Positions 1 to 10,581 of a stretch of 64,000 nucleotides of DNA are shown here, in pieces. This stretch comes from Acutalibacteraceae bacterium (GTDB lineage Bacteria > Bacillota > Clostridia > Oscillospirales > Acutalibacteraceae): positions 29,176-93,175 of the forward strand of contig JAZQSX010000062.1 in the NCBI GenBank assembly GCA_045630285.1. Direction: 5' to 3'. The notes under the pieces were generated by a model, which saw only the letters and a list, made by a program, of their open reading frames with translations, had not been told where the DNA came from and did no database searches. A program made the translations under genes and the position numbers. Position 1 is the stretch's first letter. Each line of letters begins with the position of its first letter.

Positions 1-907
1 ACCCGGGATACGGGAGCGTCCGAACCGTCTTGACACGCCGTAGCCGTGGCGGAGCGCTGACGAGCATCTCGTCATCCCACAGCGACACACCGCAGCCGGC
101 TTCCTCAAATAACGGCACGACCGCCTGCAAATGCTTTGGGCATACGCCCCGCAGCAACAGCGACCCACCCGTTACCGCCGCCGCACCCATATACGTCACC
201 GTTTCGATGCGATCGGGAATCACCCGATGCCGACAGCTGTTCAACCGATCGACACCTTCAATAAAGATCGTACTCTCTCCGGCGCCGCTGATCCGTGCAC
301 CGCACGCCGTCAAAAACGCACACAAATCTACAATTTCCGGCTCACGTGCAGCGTTGTGGATCGCCGTCGTTCCTTCGGCGGTCACCGCCGCCAGCAAAAT
401 ATTCTCCGTCGCCCCCACGCTGGGGAACGACAGCGTAATGGAGCATCCCGTCAGCCGCCGTTTCACCCGACAGCGCAGCTTGCCCCCTTGTTCATCGATA
501 TGTAACCCCAATTGCCGCAGTGCCGCCAGATGCAGGTCGATCGGCCTCGGCCCCAGCTCGCAACCACCGGGAAATGACAGCTCCGCCTCACCGGTACGTG
601 CCGCTATAGCGCCTAAAAACACAATGGACGAGCGCATTTCACGCATCAATTCATCGGGAATATCGCTGCGGCAAAGTACCGTCGCATCCACCGACACACA
701 CGAGCCCTCGTGCCGGATCGTGCAGCCAAGATGCCGTAAAATTGCAGTCGCTGCCCGAACATCGGACAGCGCCGGACAATTTTCTATCTCACAAACCCCG
801 TGAGCCAGCAGTGTCGCCGCCAGGATCGGCAGCGCACTGTTTTTCGCTCCGTGAATATGTACTGCTCCGTTCAGGCGACGCCCGCCTTCCACAATCAACT
901 GTGCCAT
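1..907 (-). CDS. murA: UDP-N-acetylglucosamine 1-carboxyvinyltransferase, 3' end cut by window edge
   Basis: Absent from the ORF track because it runs off the left edge. My minus-strand translation from ATG 907-905 reads MAQLIVEGGRRLNGAVHIHGAKNSALPILAATLLAHG...GGCELGPRPIDLHLAAL..., a typical MurA N-terminus. It lies directly downstream of murG. Confidence 0.85.
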   Translation of the reverse strand, partial: MAQLIVEGGRRLNGAVHIHGAKNSALPILAATLLAHGVCEIENCPALSDVRAATAILRHLGCTIRHEGSCVSVDATVLCRSDIPDELMREMRSSIVFLGAIAARTGEAELSFPGGCELGPRPIDLHLAALRQLGLHIDEQGGKLRCRVKRRLTGCSITLSFPSVGATENILLAAVTAEGTTAIHNAAREPEIVDLCAFLTACGARISGAGESTIFIEGVDRLNSCRHRVIPDRIETVTYMGAAAVTGGSLLLRGVCPKHLQAVVPLFEEAGCGVSLWDDEMLVSAPPRLRRVKTVRTLPYPG

Positions 908-985
908 CGTATGACCCCTTTCCCACGTTTTCACAGGATGTGCTTATATACCATCCTATGAGCCCTTGAAAAAAGGGTGACGAAG

Positions 986-2104
986 TTACAGATTTAACGT
1001 TTGACGCACCACCGCCATAATGCGGCTGTCGGCATCCAGCACAGCCGATGCTCCGGAAGCCTCTGCCATACGTGCCAGCGTTTCGGGCGAGAGCGCCATG
1101 CGGCGAATCTCATCCCACAAGCGCTCGGCAGTCAAATCCTTTTCTTCCAGGCACACCGCCGCCCCACGCTCCGCCAACGCCATGGCGTTGTAAAACTGAT
1201 GATTTTCCGCCACATACGGCGACGGAATTAAAATTGCCGGTTTTTTCAGGGCGGGCAGCTCGCTGAGCGTCATCGCCCCACAACGGCAGATTACCAGATC
1301 TGCTGCCGCCATACACCGTGGCATATCGTCGATGTAATCCCGCACACGTACACGCACGCCGTCGGGGACGATCCCGTTTTGTTCCAGTAACGCCGCTACG
1401 TGCTCGTGGTTTTTTCCACGTCCCGTACCAACGATAAATTGCACCTGCTCAGACTCAGGCTTGCCAAGCACGCCCACGATCGCTTCATTGATCGGGCGGG
1501 CGCCCAGGCTGCCGCCAAAGCATAACACGAGCGGTCTGTCGTCGACGCCCAGCTCACGGCGAGCCTGCTCACGATCAACGGCCATCATCCCGTCTCGCAG
1601 CGGGTTCCCCGTGACGATCACCGTCGCCTCGGGCGGCAAATGCTTCCGTGCCGCCTCGTCCGATACCATGACGGCACGTGCGGCGGACGCCAGCATTTTC
1701 ACCGTAACGCCCGGCAGCGCATTGGATTCGTGTACCAGCACCGGCACGCCCATTTTGGCAGCCTTACGCAGCACCGGGCCGCTGACATAGCCGCCCGTGC
1801 CGATCGCAATGTCGGGACGGAACTCACGAATGATCTTTCCCGCTTCACGCCCCGCCGTAACCGCATGGTAGGCGGCACCGATGTTTTTACCGATATTCTT
1901 CAGTGACAGCTTGCGCTGAAAGCCTTCCACCGTGATGGTGCGGATCGGGTATCCCGCTTTGGGCACCAGCACCGTTTCCATACGCCCTTTGGCGCCAACA
2001 AACAACATTTCCACATCCGGAAACTCCCGACGGATCGCATCAGCGATCGACAGCGCCGGGTTGATATGCCCCGCCGTGCCGCCACCCGTCATCAATACAC
2101 GCAT
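986..2104 (-). CDS. murG: UDP-GlcNAc:lipid I GlcNAc transferase
   Basis: 372 aa, N-terminal MRVLMTGGGTAGHINPALSIA G-loop. Position in the dcw cluster fits. Confidence 0.93.
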   Translation of the reverse strand: MRVLMTGGGTAGHINPALSIADAIRREFPDVEMLFVGAKGRMETVLVPKAGYPIRTITVEGFQRKLSLKNIGKNIGAAYHAVTAGREAGKIIREFRPDIAIGTGGYVSGPVLRKAAKMGVPVLVHESNALPGVTVKMLASAARAVMVSDEAARKHLPPEATVIVTGNPLRDGMMAVDREQARRELGVDDRPLVLCFGGSLGARPINEAIVGVLGKPESEQVQFIVGTGRGKNHEHVAALLEQNGIVPDGVRVRVRDYIDDMPRCMAAADLVICRCGAMTLSELPALKKPAILIPSPYVAENHQFYNAMALAERGAAVCLEEKDLTAERLWDEIRRMALSPETLARMAEASGASAVLDADSRIMAVVRQTLNL

Positions 2105-2115
2105 ACCGTCGCCTC

Positions 2116-3330
2116 CTACTCGAAATCTCGCCGCAGATGTGCTTGTCGGGACACCGACAGCACAACGCCCATCTGTGCCAGCAGCATAACCAACGACGAG
2201 CCGCCGTAACTGAAAAACGGCAGGCTGATACCGGTATTCGGCATCGCATTCGTCACCACGGCGATGTTAAGGATCACCTGCATACCAATCTGTGTGGTCA
2301 GACCGATCGCCAGCAGAGAGCCGAACTTATCCGACGCTCGCATACCGATAACGAATCCACGCCACACCAACAGTGCAAACAGTATGATAATTCCCAAGGC
2401 TCCGATAAATCCGAGCTCTTCGCATACGATCGAAAAAATAAAGTCGTTTTGCGGTTCGGGCAGGAATAGGTGCTTCTGGCGGGAGTTGCCGAGTCCTTCG
2501 CCCATGAACCCGCCGGAGCCGATCGCATACAGCGACTGCACCGTCTGCCATGCCACGTCACGGCCCGTTTGACCGCCCTCGTAGATCGCATCCGACGTAT
2601 ATACCGCCAGCGGATCCTGCCACACGGTGATACGATCCTGTTCATACCCCAGCACGAACACCATGAGGATAACGCCGAGCGCACCGATAGCGATCGTCAG
2701 CAACAGCCACCGCCCCCTCGTGCCGCCGATATACATCATTACCAAGCCGATGCCCATAATCAGAATCGTACCCGACAAATGCGGCTCAATAAACACCAGA
2801 CCGCACGTAAAGAGCAATATCCCCATAAACGGGAGATACCCTTTGGTAAATAGCTTCATTTTGTCGCCAAACAGAGATATGAGATGCGCAAACAGCAAAA
2901 TAATTGCAAATTTCGCAATTTCGGACGGTTGCACGTTAAAGCCCGGAAGCGGGATCCAACGATGCACATTTTGCACAGCAGGCAAAATCAGCACCAGCCC
3001 CAGCAGTAACCAGGCAATACCCATGACCCACAGTGCAAGCTTATGAAGAACGTGGTAGTCGACCAGCGAGATCAACAGCATAAAGAACACGCCGACCACG
3101 GCAAACACCAGCTGCTTGCTGATGTAATAATAACTATCCCCGCTGTTTTGATAGTACGAATACGCATAGCTCGCCGAAAACAGCGATACCAGACCAACCA
3201 CCAAAATCAGCATTGTCAGTACGAAAAAGGTCATATCAAAGCCGGAAGCACGGGTGAACAAGCCCAATATACGCTTCGGGCGCAGGCTATTGCTCGGCGC
3301 TTCCGTCGTTTTGGCTTTTGCTTTTGCCAT
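2116..3330 (-). CDS. ftsW: SEDS-family peptidoglycan glycosyltransferase (FtsW/SpoVE-like)
   Basis: 404 aa polytopic protein with C-terminal NTGISLPFFSYGGSS motif. Sits between mraY and murG. Confidence 0.9.
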   Translation of the reverse strand: MAKAKAKTTEAPSNSLRPKRILGLFTRASGFDMTFFVLTMLILVVGLVSLFSASYAYSYYQNSGDSYYYISKQLVFAVVGVFFMLLISLVDYHVLHKLALWVMGIAWLLLGLVLILPAVQNVHRWIPLPGFNVQPSEIAKFAIILLFAHLISLFGDKMKLFTKGYLPFMGILLFTCGLVFIEPHLSGTILIMGIGLVMMYIGGTRGRWLLLTIAIGALGVILMVFVLGYEQDRITVWQDPLAVYTSDAIYEGGQTGRDVAWQTVQSLYAIGSGGFMGEGLGNSRQKHLFLPEPQNDFIFSIVCEELGFIGALGIIILFALLVWRGFVIGMRASDKFGSLLAIGLTTQIGMQVILNIAVVTNAMPNTGISLPFFSYGGSSLVMLLAQMGVVLSVSRQAHLRRDFE

Positions 3331-3363
3331 ACGTATCCTCCTTTCGTCACTTTACGGTGTGCA

Positions 3364-4377
3364 TCACACAAACAGCAGCACCAGGCACAGCGCACCCGCC
3401 ACCACCGTCACTGAACAGAATACGGCTACGATCTTGTTTTCGCTCCAACCGCTCATCTCAAAATGATGATGCAGCGGGCTCATCTTAAACAACCGCTTGC
3501 CGTGGGTGATTTTGAAATAGGTGACCTGCAGCATTACCGACAGCGTTTCCGCAACGTAAACGATGCCGAGCAGCGCCAACATCAGCGGATGTCCCAAACC
3601 AAACGCCACAGCGCACAGGACACCACCGATAAACAGTGAACCCGTATCACCCATAAACACCCGTGCCGGGTGGAAATTCCATACCAAAAATCCTGCGAGA
3701 GCACCTGCCATTGCTGACACGACAATGCCGTAGCCCATCGTCGCTGCACCACACAGCACCAGCAAAAACAGGAACGCCACCAACGATACCGAGGCACACA
3801 AGCCGTCGATACCGTCAGTCAGGTTGGTGGCGTTCGTCATCGCCACCAGAATAAACATCGCAATCGGGATAAACCAGATGCCCGCCTCCCAGTACCCGTA
3901 AAACGGGACGTACATCTGCGTGGCATCCGTCAGATACATCGTCACGGCATACGCCGCCGAAACCAACAGCTGCGCCGCCATTTTCTGCTTACTGGTCAAG
4001 CCGAGGTTCCGCTTGCGCACCACCTTGATAAAATCATCCAAAAACCCAATCGCACCGAAGCCAACCGCCAGGATCAGCCCCACGAACAGCTTGGTGGTAT
4101 CCCCCGTCGAATGAACAGGCCCGATCACCTTGACCGGCAAGAACAGTTGGCTGACCAGAATGGCAAGCACCGCCGTAATCAGCATCGCTGCAATGAAGAT
4201 GATGCCGCCCATCGTCGGCGTGCCCTGCTTGCTTTTGTGCCACGCCGGTCCTTCTTCACGGATCGTTTGGCCAAACTTCAGTCGGTGCAGCACCGGAATC
4301 AGCTTCTTGCCCAACCACGCCGCCACAAAAAACGCTACGATTGCCGTGGCGACCCATGTTATTGCTAGTATCTCCAT
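3364..4377 (-). CDS. mraY: phospho-N-acetylmuramoyl-pentapeptide transferase
   Basis: 337 aa. NATNLTDGIDGL and FMGDTGSL motifs. Confidence 0.95.
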   Translation of the reverse strand: MEILAITWVATAIVAFFVAAWLGKKLIPVLHRLKFGQTIREEGPAWHKSKQGTPTMGGIIFIAAMLITAVLAILVSQLFLPVKVIGPVHSTGDTTKLFVGLILAVGFGAIGFLDDFIKVVRKRNLGLTSKQKMAAQLLVSAAYAVTMYLTDATQMYVPFYGYWEAGIWFIPIAMFILVAMTNATNLTDGIDGLCASVSLVAFLFLLVLCGAATMGYGIVVSAMAGALAGFLVWNFHPARVFMGDTGSLFIGGVLCAVAFGLGHPLMLALLGIVYVAETLSVMLQVTYFKITHGKRLFKMSPLHHHFEMSGWSENKIVAVFCSVTVVAGALCLVLLFV

Positions 4378-4379
4378 AT

Positions 4380-5828
4380 TTATCGCTCCTCATTCGACAA
4401 AGACGCAAGCGCCTGTGCCACGATCTCTCTTTCATCCAAATGAATAGTTTCGTCCTTTAAGATCTGATACGTCTCGTGACCCTTTCCGGCCAGTAGCACC
4501 GTATCACCCGGCTGTGCGTTGGTCACCGCCCAGGTGATCGCTTCGACGCGGTTGGGAATAACACAATACGGCGTTTTCGTCTCGGTCAGCCCCGCCACGA
4601 TGTCGGCGATAATCGCCTCCGGCTCCTCCGAACGGGGGTTGTCGGACGTAATCACCATGTAATCCGACAGTTCCGCTGCCGCTACGCCCATTTTCGGGCG
4701 TTTCGTGCGGTCACGGTCACCACCGCAACCAAACACCGTCACCAACCGTCCCGCCTTGCAGGCGTTCAGCGTGCGACAGATGTTTACCAAACCGTCAGGC
4801 GTGTGAGCAAAATCAATCACCACGGTAAACTCCCGCCCGGTCGGCACCACCTCGGCACGGCCTTTGACGATGCCCGCCCGACCCAGCGCCGTTACAACGT
4901 CGTCAAACGAGATTCCCAGCGCTCTGGCGCACGCCGCAGCGCCAAGTGCGTTATACACCGAGAACAGGCCCGGCGTTGCCAAACGAACTCGGCCGATCTG
5001 ACCGAGGGACACCAGCTCAAAATCCACCCCGTCGGGGCGCTGGCGAATGTTACGAGCCACATAATCCGCTGCATCGTCCCGCTCGGAAAACGTAACGATC
5101 GGGCCGGCGGCACTTTCGCTCATCATTGTGTGCCAAGCGTCGTCTTTGTTCAGGATCGCCGTTTTACACAGCGAGAACAAGCGCTGCTTGGCAGCGGCGT
5201 ATTGCTCCATCGTACCGTGGTAATCCAGATGATCCTGCGTCAAATTGGTGAAAATACCCGCATCAAACGTGCAGCCCTCCACACGTCCTTGATCCAGCGC
5301 ATGGGAGGAGATCTCCATAACCGCATAATCGCATCCGGCATCCGCCATTTGTGCGAACATCTGCTGCAGATCGTAGGAATCCGGCGTAGTGTGTCCTGCG
5401 GCGATCTCACGGTCGCCGATCAGATTGCGAATCGTACCGATCAGACCTACCATGTGACCCGCCTGCTCTAAAATCGCTTTCAACAGATAGGTCGTGCTGG
5501 TTTTACCGTTCGTGCCGGTCACACCGATCAGGTGCAGTCGCCGTGACGGGTGTCCAAACCACGCCGCACTAAGCTGTGCCCACACCGTGCGGGTGTTTGC
5601 AACGATCACCTGATTCGGCAATCCCAAATCACGCTCCACGATCAAAACGGCGGCGCCCTGCTCCAGTGCCTGCGCAGCAAACGCATGGCTGTCCACGCCG
5701 GTGCCCTTGATGCACACGAACGCACAGCCCGGCGTTACCTTGCGTGAGTCACGGCACAGCGCCGTGATCTCCAGCTCCGCAAGTGCGCAGGTAACACCCG
5801 TTTCTTTCAGCAAAGCTCCCAGTTTCAT
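4380..5828 (-). CDS. murE: UDP-MurNAc-L-Ala-D-Glu:meso-DAP ligase
   Basis: 482 aa. Mur ligase P-loop GVTGTNGKTST. ITSDNPRSE (DNPR) motif typical of DAP-adding MurE. Confidence 0.9.
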   Translation of the reverse strand: MKLGALLKETGVTCALAELEITALCRDSRKVTPGCAFVCIKGTGVDSHAFAAQALEQGAAVLIVERDLGLPNQVIVANTRTVWAQLSAAWFGHPSRRLHLIGVTGTNGKTSTTYLLKAILEQAGHMVGLIGTIRNLIGDREIAAGHTTPDSYDLQQMFAQMADAGCDYAVMEISSHALDQGRVEGCTFDAGIFTNLTQDHLDYHGTMEQYAAAKQRLFSLCKTAILNKDDAWHTMMSESAAGPIVTFSERDDAADYVARNIRQRPDGVDFELVSLGQIGRVRLATPGLFSVYNALGAAACARALGISFDDVVTALGRAGIVKGRAEVVPTGREFTVVIDFAHTPDGLVNICRTLNACKAGRLVTVFGCGGDRDRTKRPKMGVAAAELSDYMVITSDNPRSEEPEAIIADIVAGLTETKTPYCVIPNRVEAITWAVTNAQPGDTVLLAGKGHETYQILKDETIHLDEREIVAQALASLSNEER

Positions 5829-5875
5829 TGCGTTTCCTCCGTTGTTCTGTCATGTCCGATTTTCGGCACTCGTAT

Positions 5876-7735
5876 TTATTCTTCCGTAAACTGCGGCTCA
5901 ATTCCTAGATACGGCAGCACGTCAGAAAAGATCTTTTGAGCTACCGGTGCTGCCAGCGTACCGCCATATCGAATCGCCGTCTGCGGCTCATCCACCATAA
6001 CGATCACGGCAATACGGGGATCGTTTGCCGGTGCAAAACCGCAAAACGATGCCACCACGTTTTTGCGACCGCTCGCCGTGAGACCTTGGTCGGTCTTTTC
6101 CGAGGTGCCGGTTTTTCCTGCCACACGGTACCCCGGCACGTAGGCGTTTTTCGCACCGCCGCCGTCCACGACACCCTCCAGCAAAGCGCATATCCGTGAG
6201 GAGATGTCCTCGGAGATCACTCGCCGCCGCACCGTGCGCTCGGTCTCGCTCAACACGTCTCCCTGCGGTGAAATCACCTGTCGGACGATATACGGCTGCA
6301 GCAATTCGCCGCCGCCTGCCACCGCCGACACACCGGTGATCATTTGGATCGGTGTAACCTTAAATGTCTGTCCGATCGAGGACGTTGCAACGTCCACCGC
6401 CGTGATCGATTCTGCCCGATGATACAGCGACGGGGTAACACGGGCCTCCCCCAGCATATCGATCCCCGTCGGCTCAGTAAAGCCGAACAGCGCGTGATAC
6501 CGGGGAAAGTGAGTCGTCCCCACCAAAGAACCAATGCTCATAAAAGCAGGGTTGCAGGAATGTGAGATCGCCTCCGCCAACGTTTGACTTCCGTGGCTTC
6601 GGGGATAGACGTGGCATTTCATCGTGCGCACACCTGCCATTGTGTAGGTGCCGTTGCAGTAAAAGCTCGACCGCTCAGAGATCAACCCTTCCTGCATCGC
6701 CATAGACGCTGTAAAGATCTTAAACACCGAGCCCGGCTCGTAAAATTCGGAAATCGCCTTGTTTTTCCACTGCCTCTGGAGCGCCGATAAATACGCTTCG
6801 CTTTTCTCGTTCCCAGAAAGCAGGGCGATCTGCGCCGCCAGATCGGGGTTTTGTACCGTGCGGGGATGATTAAGATCGTAATCCCCTTTGGTCGCCATAG
6901 CCAAGACCTCGCCCGTCTGCACGTCCATAACGATCGCACAGGTGCGATTCGCGGCACTCGTTTCTGCCAGCGACACCTCCAGGTGGTTTTCCACCGCACG
7001 TTGAATATTGATATCGATCGTCAGGCGCAGCGTATTCCCCTCACCCGGCGCAATCGTCGTCTCGTACTGTATATCGTTGGGCAACGCATCGCCCCAGCCG
7101 TTTGTAGAAGTAACGACCCGACCAGCGGTCCCCGCCAGCACCTCATTATACCGTGCTTCCAAGCCTTCCAGCCCGGTGTTGTCGGTGCCGGTAAATCCCA
7201 AAACGCACGATAGGGCGCTGCCGAACGGATACTCCCGTTTATAATCCTGAATCACCCGAAACACACCGGTCAACCTGTGATCCTTGGCCCAATCGATAAA
7301 GGTGTCGCATATCTCATAGTCGATTTTTGAAGCAACAATCTCATACCGCGAGGCGGTCTTGTTGACTTGCTTTTTCAGCTTGTCAGCATTGATCCCAAGC
7401 AGCGACGGCAGTTCACGGCAGATCGTCTCTCTCGCCGCCTCGTCCGGAATATATCGCGGCGCCATAATGACCGTTGCCACCTCGACGCTGCGTGCCAGCA
7501 CCACGCCGTTGCGGTCGACGATCGCTCCTCGTTTGTCCGAGATCACGCTGTCCGTCAACTGCTGCTCCGCTGCCATGGTCTGCCACAGCTCGTGCTCCGC
7601 AAGCTGCAGCACCGCCAACCGATACCCCAGCATTGCAAAGCAAAACGCCATAGCAACCATCGCCCACAGCGAACGCTTCCACATAATGCGGGACGGGGCT
7701 TGTATTGAAACGTCCTGTTGATGCATTCGCTTCAT
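5876..7735 (-). CDS. class B penicillin-binding protein without PASTA domains (SpoVD/FtsI-like)
   Basis: 619 aa. N-terminal TM, then SxxK (GSVFK), SxN (SCN) and KTG (GKTGTS). Ends soon after the transpeptidase domain. Confidence 0.88.
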   Translation of the reverse strand: MKRMHQQDVSIQAPSRIMWKRSLWAMVAMAFCFAMLGYRLAVLQLAEHELWQTMAAEQQLTDSVISDKRGAIVDRNGVVLARSVEVATVIMAPRYIPDEAARETICRELPSLLGINADKLKKQVNKTASRYEIVASKIDYEICDTFIDWAKDHRLTGVFRVIQDYKREYPFGSALSCVLGFTGTDNTGLEGLEARYNEVLAGTAGRVVTSTNGWGDALPNDIQYETTIAPGEGNTLRLTIDINIQRAVENHLEVSLAETSAANRTCAIVMDVQTGEVLAMATKGDYDLNHPRTVQNPDLAAQIALLSGNEKSEAYLSALQRQWKNKAISEFYEPGSVFKIFTASMAMQEGLISERSSFYCNGTYTMAGVRTMKCHVYPRSHGSQTLAEAISHSCNPAFMSIGSLVGTTHFPRYHALFGFTEPTGIDMLGEARVTPSLYHRAESITAVDVATSSIGQTFKVTPIQMITGVSAVAGGGELLQPYIVRQVISPQGDVLSETERTVRRRVISEDISSRICALLEGVVDGGGAKNAYVPGYRVAGKTGTSEKTDQGLTASGRKNVVASFCGFAPANDPRIAVIVMVDEPQTAIRYGGTLAAPVAQKIFSDVLPYLGIEPQFTEE

Positions 7736-7767
7736 AACAGGCGTCCTCTCAAAGATCTGTTACTTGT

Positions 7768-9945
7768 TTAGATGTTGTTTTCGTAGGCAAACTGCACGGT
7801 GATGACCGAACCCTTCGCCACCTGCGTTCCCGCCTCCACCGATTGCTTGGAGACCTTCGCCACGCCGCCGGAGGTGTTAATACCAACAACGACCACGTTG
7901 ATACCGGCATTCTTTGCCAGCTGGTTCACCTGCGACAAGCTCTTATCCGCAAAATCGGGAACGGTTGTCATCTTCAGCTCGCTGTCGTCGGTGTACAGCC
8001 ACACCACGCCGTCCTTAGGAATGGCGGCGCCACTCTCCGGAACCTGTTTCACGACCTTGTCACCCTTGCCGATGACCTGGTAGTTCAGCGACGAGGCCTT
8101 CAGCGCGGTGGTCGCCACCGACACCTGCTTGCCGGAAACCTTCGGCACACTCTGATCCAAATTGGCAAGCTCCTCCTCCGTATAGTTCGGCTCAACACCC
8201 AAATATGGAAGAATATCCCGCAAAATATTTCGTGCAATGGGGGCGGCAACGCCGGCGCCGGATTTCAGCGTCTGCGGCTCATCCACCATGACGAACACAA
8301 CCACTTCCGGATCATCGGCGGGGGCAAATCCACCAAACGAGGCAACAACCTCGACGTTTTTATCCTTATCCTCCTCGGATTTGGTTTCGGTTTTTTCCGA
8401 AGTTCCCGTTTTTCCGCCCACACGGTAACCGGCAATATAGGCGTTGCCGATCGCACCGCCGCTGACGGCTTCCTCCAGCATATCGCACACACGTCTCGAC
8501 GTCTGCTCCGAAATGACCTGCCGCTTAACCAGCGGTTTCGCCTCGGACACCACGTTTCCGTCGCTATCCAGCACCTTCTGCACAATGTACGGTTGCATCA
8601 GCTTGCCACCGTTAGCAATGGCACACAGCGCCGTCGCCATTTGGAGCGGCGTCACCTTAAATGTCTGTCCGATCGACGACGCCGCCACGTTGACGGGCGT
8701 CATCGTGTCTGCAGTGTAGTACAGTGCCGGTGTCGGTGTCGGCTCACCGATAAAATCGGTACCGGTACGGGTGGTAAACCCAAAACCGACGTAATACTTA
8801 CAAAACAGCTGTGCACGGATCATACCGCCGATCGTCATAAACGCCGGGTTGCAAGAGTTAGCGATCGCCTGGCGGAAGGTCTGTTGTCCGTGTCCGGCGT
8901 GCCAGCAGTCCATATCGCGGTCGGCGATATGATACGAGCCGTTGCAGAAAAAGCCGGTATTTTCGTTGACGAGGCCCTCTTCCAGAGCGATCGACGCCGT
9001 CACCGTCTTAAACACCGAACCCGGCTCATAAAATTCCAACGCCTTGTTGCGATACTGGGATTGATCCACCTCAAACGGTTTGTTAGGATCGTAGTCACCC
9101 TTCGTTGCCATTGCCAAAACGGCACCCGTGTCCACGTCCATGACGATCGCACAGCCACGGTTGGTAGCCTCAAACTCCGTAATCGCATCCTGCAAATACT
9201 TTTCTGCCACCTGCTGGATATACTGATCCACCGTCAGCACTAAACTGTTGCCATCCACCGCATTGACGGTATATTCATAGTCCAGTGACGTCGGCAGCTT
9301 GTCACCCGAGGTGTTTTGCGCAATCACCATACGCCCCGGGATGCCTGCCAACGTTTCGTCGTACTGCTTTTCCAATCCTTCCAGGCCGGTGTTATCCGCT
9401 CCGGTAAAACCGAGCACGGTAGAAAGCATCGTTCCCAGCGGATACTCCCGCTTATACTCGGTGTCGACACGAAAAACACCCGCCAGCCCATTTTCGTTTA
9501 CCCAGTTGATAAACTCATCGCCGACCTCTTTGTCGACCTTGGATTTGACCACCTCATACTGGGATTCGCCCTTCTTCGTTTTCTTATACAACGTCTCCCG
9601 ATCAACGTCCAGCATCACCGACAACTCGTCAGCGATCTTAATACGGGTCTCCTCCCGCAGGATGTTTTTAGGCGCCATAATGATCTTGCAAACCTCACGC
9701 GTTTGCGCCAGCACCGTCATATTGGCGTCATAGATCTGTCCACGCACCGCCGGGATCTTCTTGTCGCTCAGCTGCTGCACCACGGCCTTTTGCTTCCAGA
9801 AATCCGTCTCAATAACTTGAATACGAAACAGATTGACCGCCAACAGCACGCAGCAAACAAAAATGCCCAAGACCAGCTTCCACGCGCGCTTACGCATGGC
9901 AACCCGTTCTCCGACTTTCGGCGCTTTTCCTTTTTTGTGTAACAT
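7768..9945 (-). CDS. class B penicillin-binding protein with two C-terminal PASTA repeats (PBP2B/FtsI-like)
   Basis: Track ORF runs to 9960. ATG at 9945 is preferred because GAGGTG sits 7 nt upstream. Motifs GSVFK, SCN, GKTGTS. Two roughly 60-aa PASTA-like repeats at the C-terminus. Confidence 0.88.
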   Translation of the reverse strand: MLHKKGKAPKVGERVAMRKRAWKLVLGIFVCCVLLAVNLFRIQVIETDFWKQKAVVQQLSDKKIPAVRGQIYDANMTVLAQTREVCKIIMAPKNILREETRIKIADELSVMLDVDRETLYKKTKKGESQYEVVKSKVDKEVGDEFINWVNENGLAGVFRVDTEYKREYPLGTMLSTVLGFTGADNTGLEGLEKQYDETLAGIPGRMVIAQNTSGDKLPTSLDYEYTVNAVDGNSLVLTVDQYIQQVAEKYLQDAITEFEATNRGCAIVMDVDTGAVLAMATKGDYDPNKPFEVDQSQYRNKALEFYEPGSVFKTVTASIALEEGLVNENTGFFCNGSYHIADRDMDCWHAGHGQQTFRQAIANSCNPAFMTIGGMIRAQLFCKYYVGFGFTTRTGTDFIGEPTPTPALYYTADTMTPVNVAASSIGQTFKVTPLQMATALCAIANGGKLMQPYIVQKVLDSDGNVVSEAKPLVKRQVISEQTSRRVCDMLEEAVSGGAIGNAYIAGYRVGGKTGTSEKTETKSEEDKDKNVEVVASFGGFAPADDPEVVVFVMVDEPQTLKSGAGVAAPIARNILRDILPYLGVEPNYTEEELANLDQSVPKVSGKQVSVATTALKASSLNYQVIGKGDKVVKQVPESGAAIPKDGVVWLYTDDSELKMTTVPDFADKSLSQVNQLAKNAGINVVVVGINTSGGVAKVSKQSVEAGTQVAKGSVITVQFAYENNI

Positions 9946-10086
9946 CCCGGTACACCTCACTTATTGGAAAGAAAAGAGAGTCAAGACGCTACCATCCCAA
10001 CTCTCATCGTCCGAGGTCCTGCTTCAGTGTATGTTGAACTCACCGTTAGATAGACCTGTTGTGTTGATTATTTCTGTCGAGGAAGG

Positions 10087-10569
10087 TCAGCCGATCCAGC
10101 CGGTCAACGTCTCCCACAGAGACTCAAAAAAGCCGGGCTCCTCCTCCGGTTGCTCCACCTCTAAGACCGCAGGGGTAACCGTAAAGTAATCGATCTGGCC
10201 GGATTGGATCGGTTCAAACCCATTCTTCTCAGCATAATCCGACACGCTCTCTGCAGACGTTATCGCCGCCAGCTTACCTTCCAGCCGCTTGATCTCGCCT
10301 GCAAGCTCACTGCTTTTCGCCTTCTCCTGTGAGATAGCGTTGTTTGTCTCAGTCAGCTTCACCTGACTGGTGATCAAAGCACCCAGGACAAACACGATGC
10401 AGCATGTCACCAGCACGGTCGCTGCGCCGTTAATGATCTTCTGCAGCTTCACCCGACGGCGTTCAGCCTTCGTCGCTTTTTTGTTCGGCAGAGGGGTGAT
10501 CTTTGCCGGTCTGGATTCAAACAACGACAGATCATACGCCTCAGAACCATACTTTGCCACGATCACCAC
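10087..10569 (-). CDS. ftsL: FtsL-like cell division protein (single TM plus coiled coil)
   Basis: About 160 aa. One TM (AATVLVTCCIVFVLGALI) followed by a heptad-like segment. Conserved slot between rsmH and the PBP gene. Several in-frame GTG starts, so the exact start is uncertain. Confidence 0.7.
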   Translation of the reverse strand: MVIVAKYGSEAYDLSLFESRPAKITPLPNKKATKAERRRVKLQKIINGAATVLVTCCIVFVLGALITSQVKLTETNNAISQEKAKSSELAGEIKRLEGKLAAITSAESVSDYAEKNGFEPIQSGQIDYFTVTPAVLEVEQPEEEPGFFESLWETLTGWIG

Positions 10570-10581
10570 TCTCCTTTCTCA

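Noticed and set aside
30-803. 257-aa plus-strand ORF at the left edge
   Set aside because: Its composition is Ser/Arg/Pro/Ala-rich with no motifs. The opposite strand translates into an unmistakable MurA N-terminus, so this is an antisense shadow ORF of a GC-rich gene.
7843-9243. 466-aa plus-strand ORF
   Set aside because: It is antisense to the PASTA-containing PBP gene.
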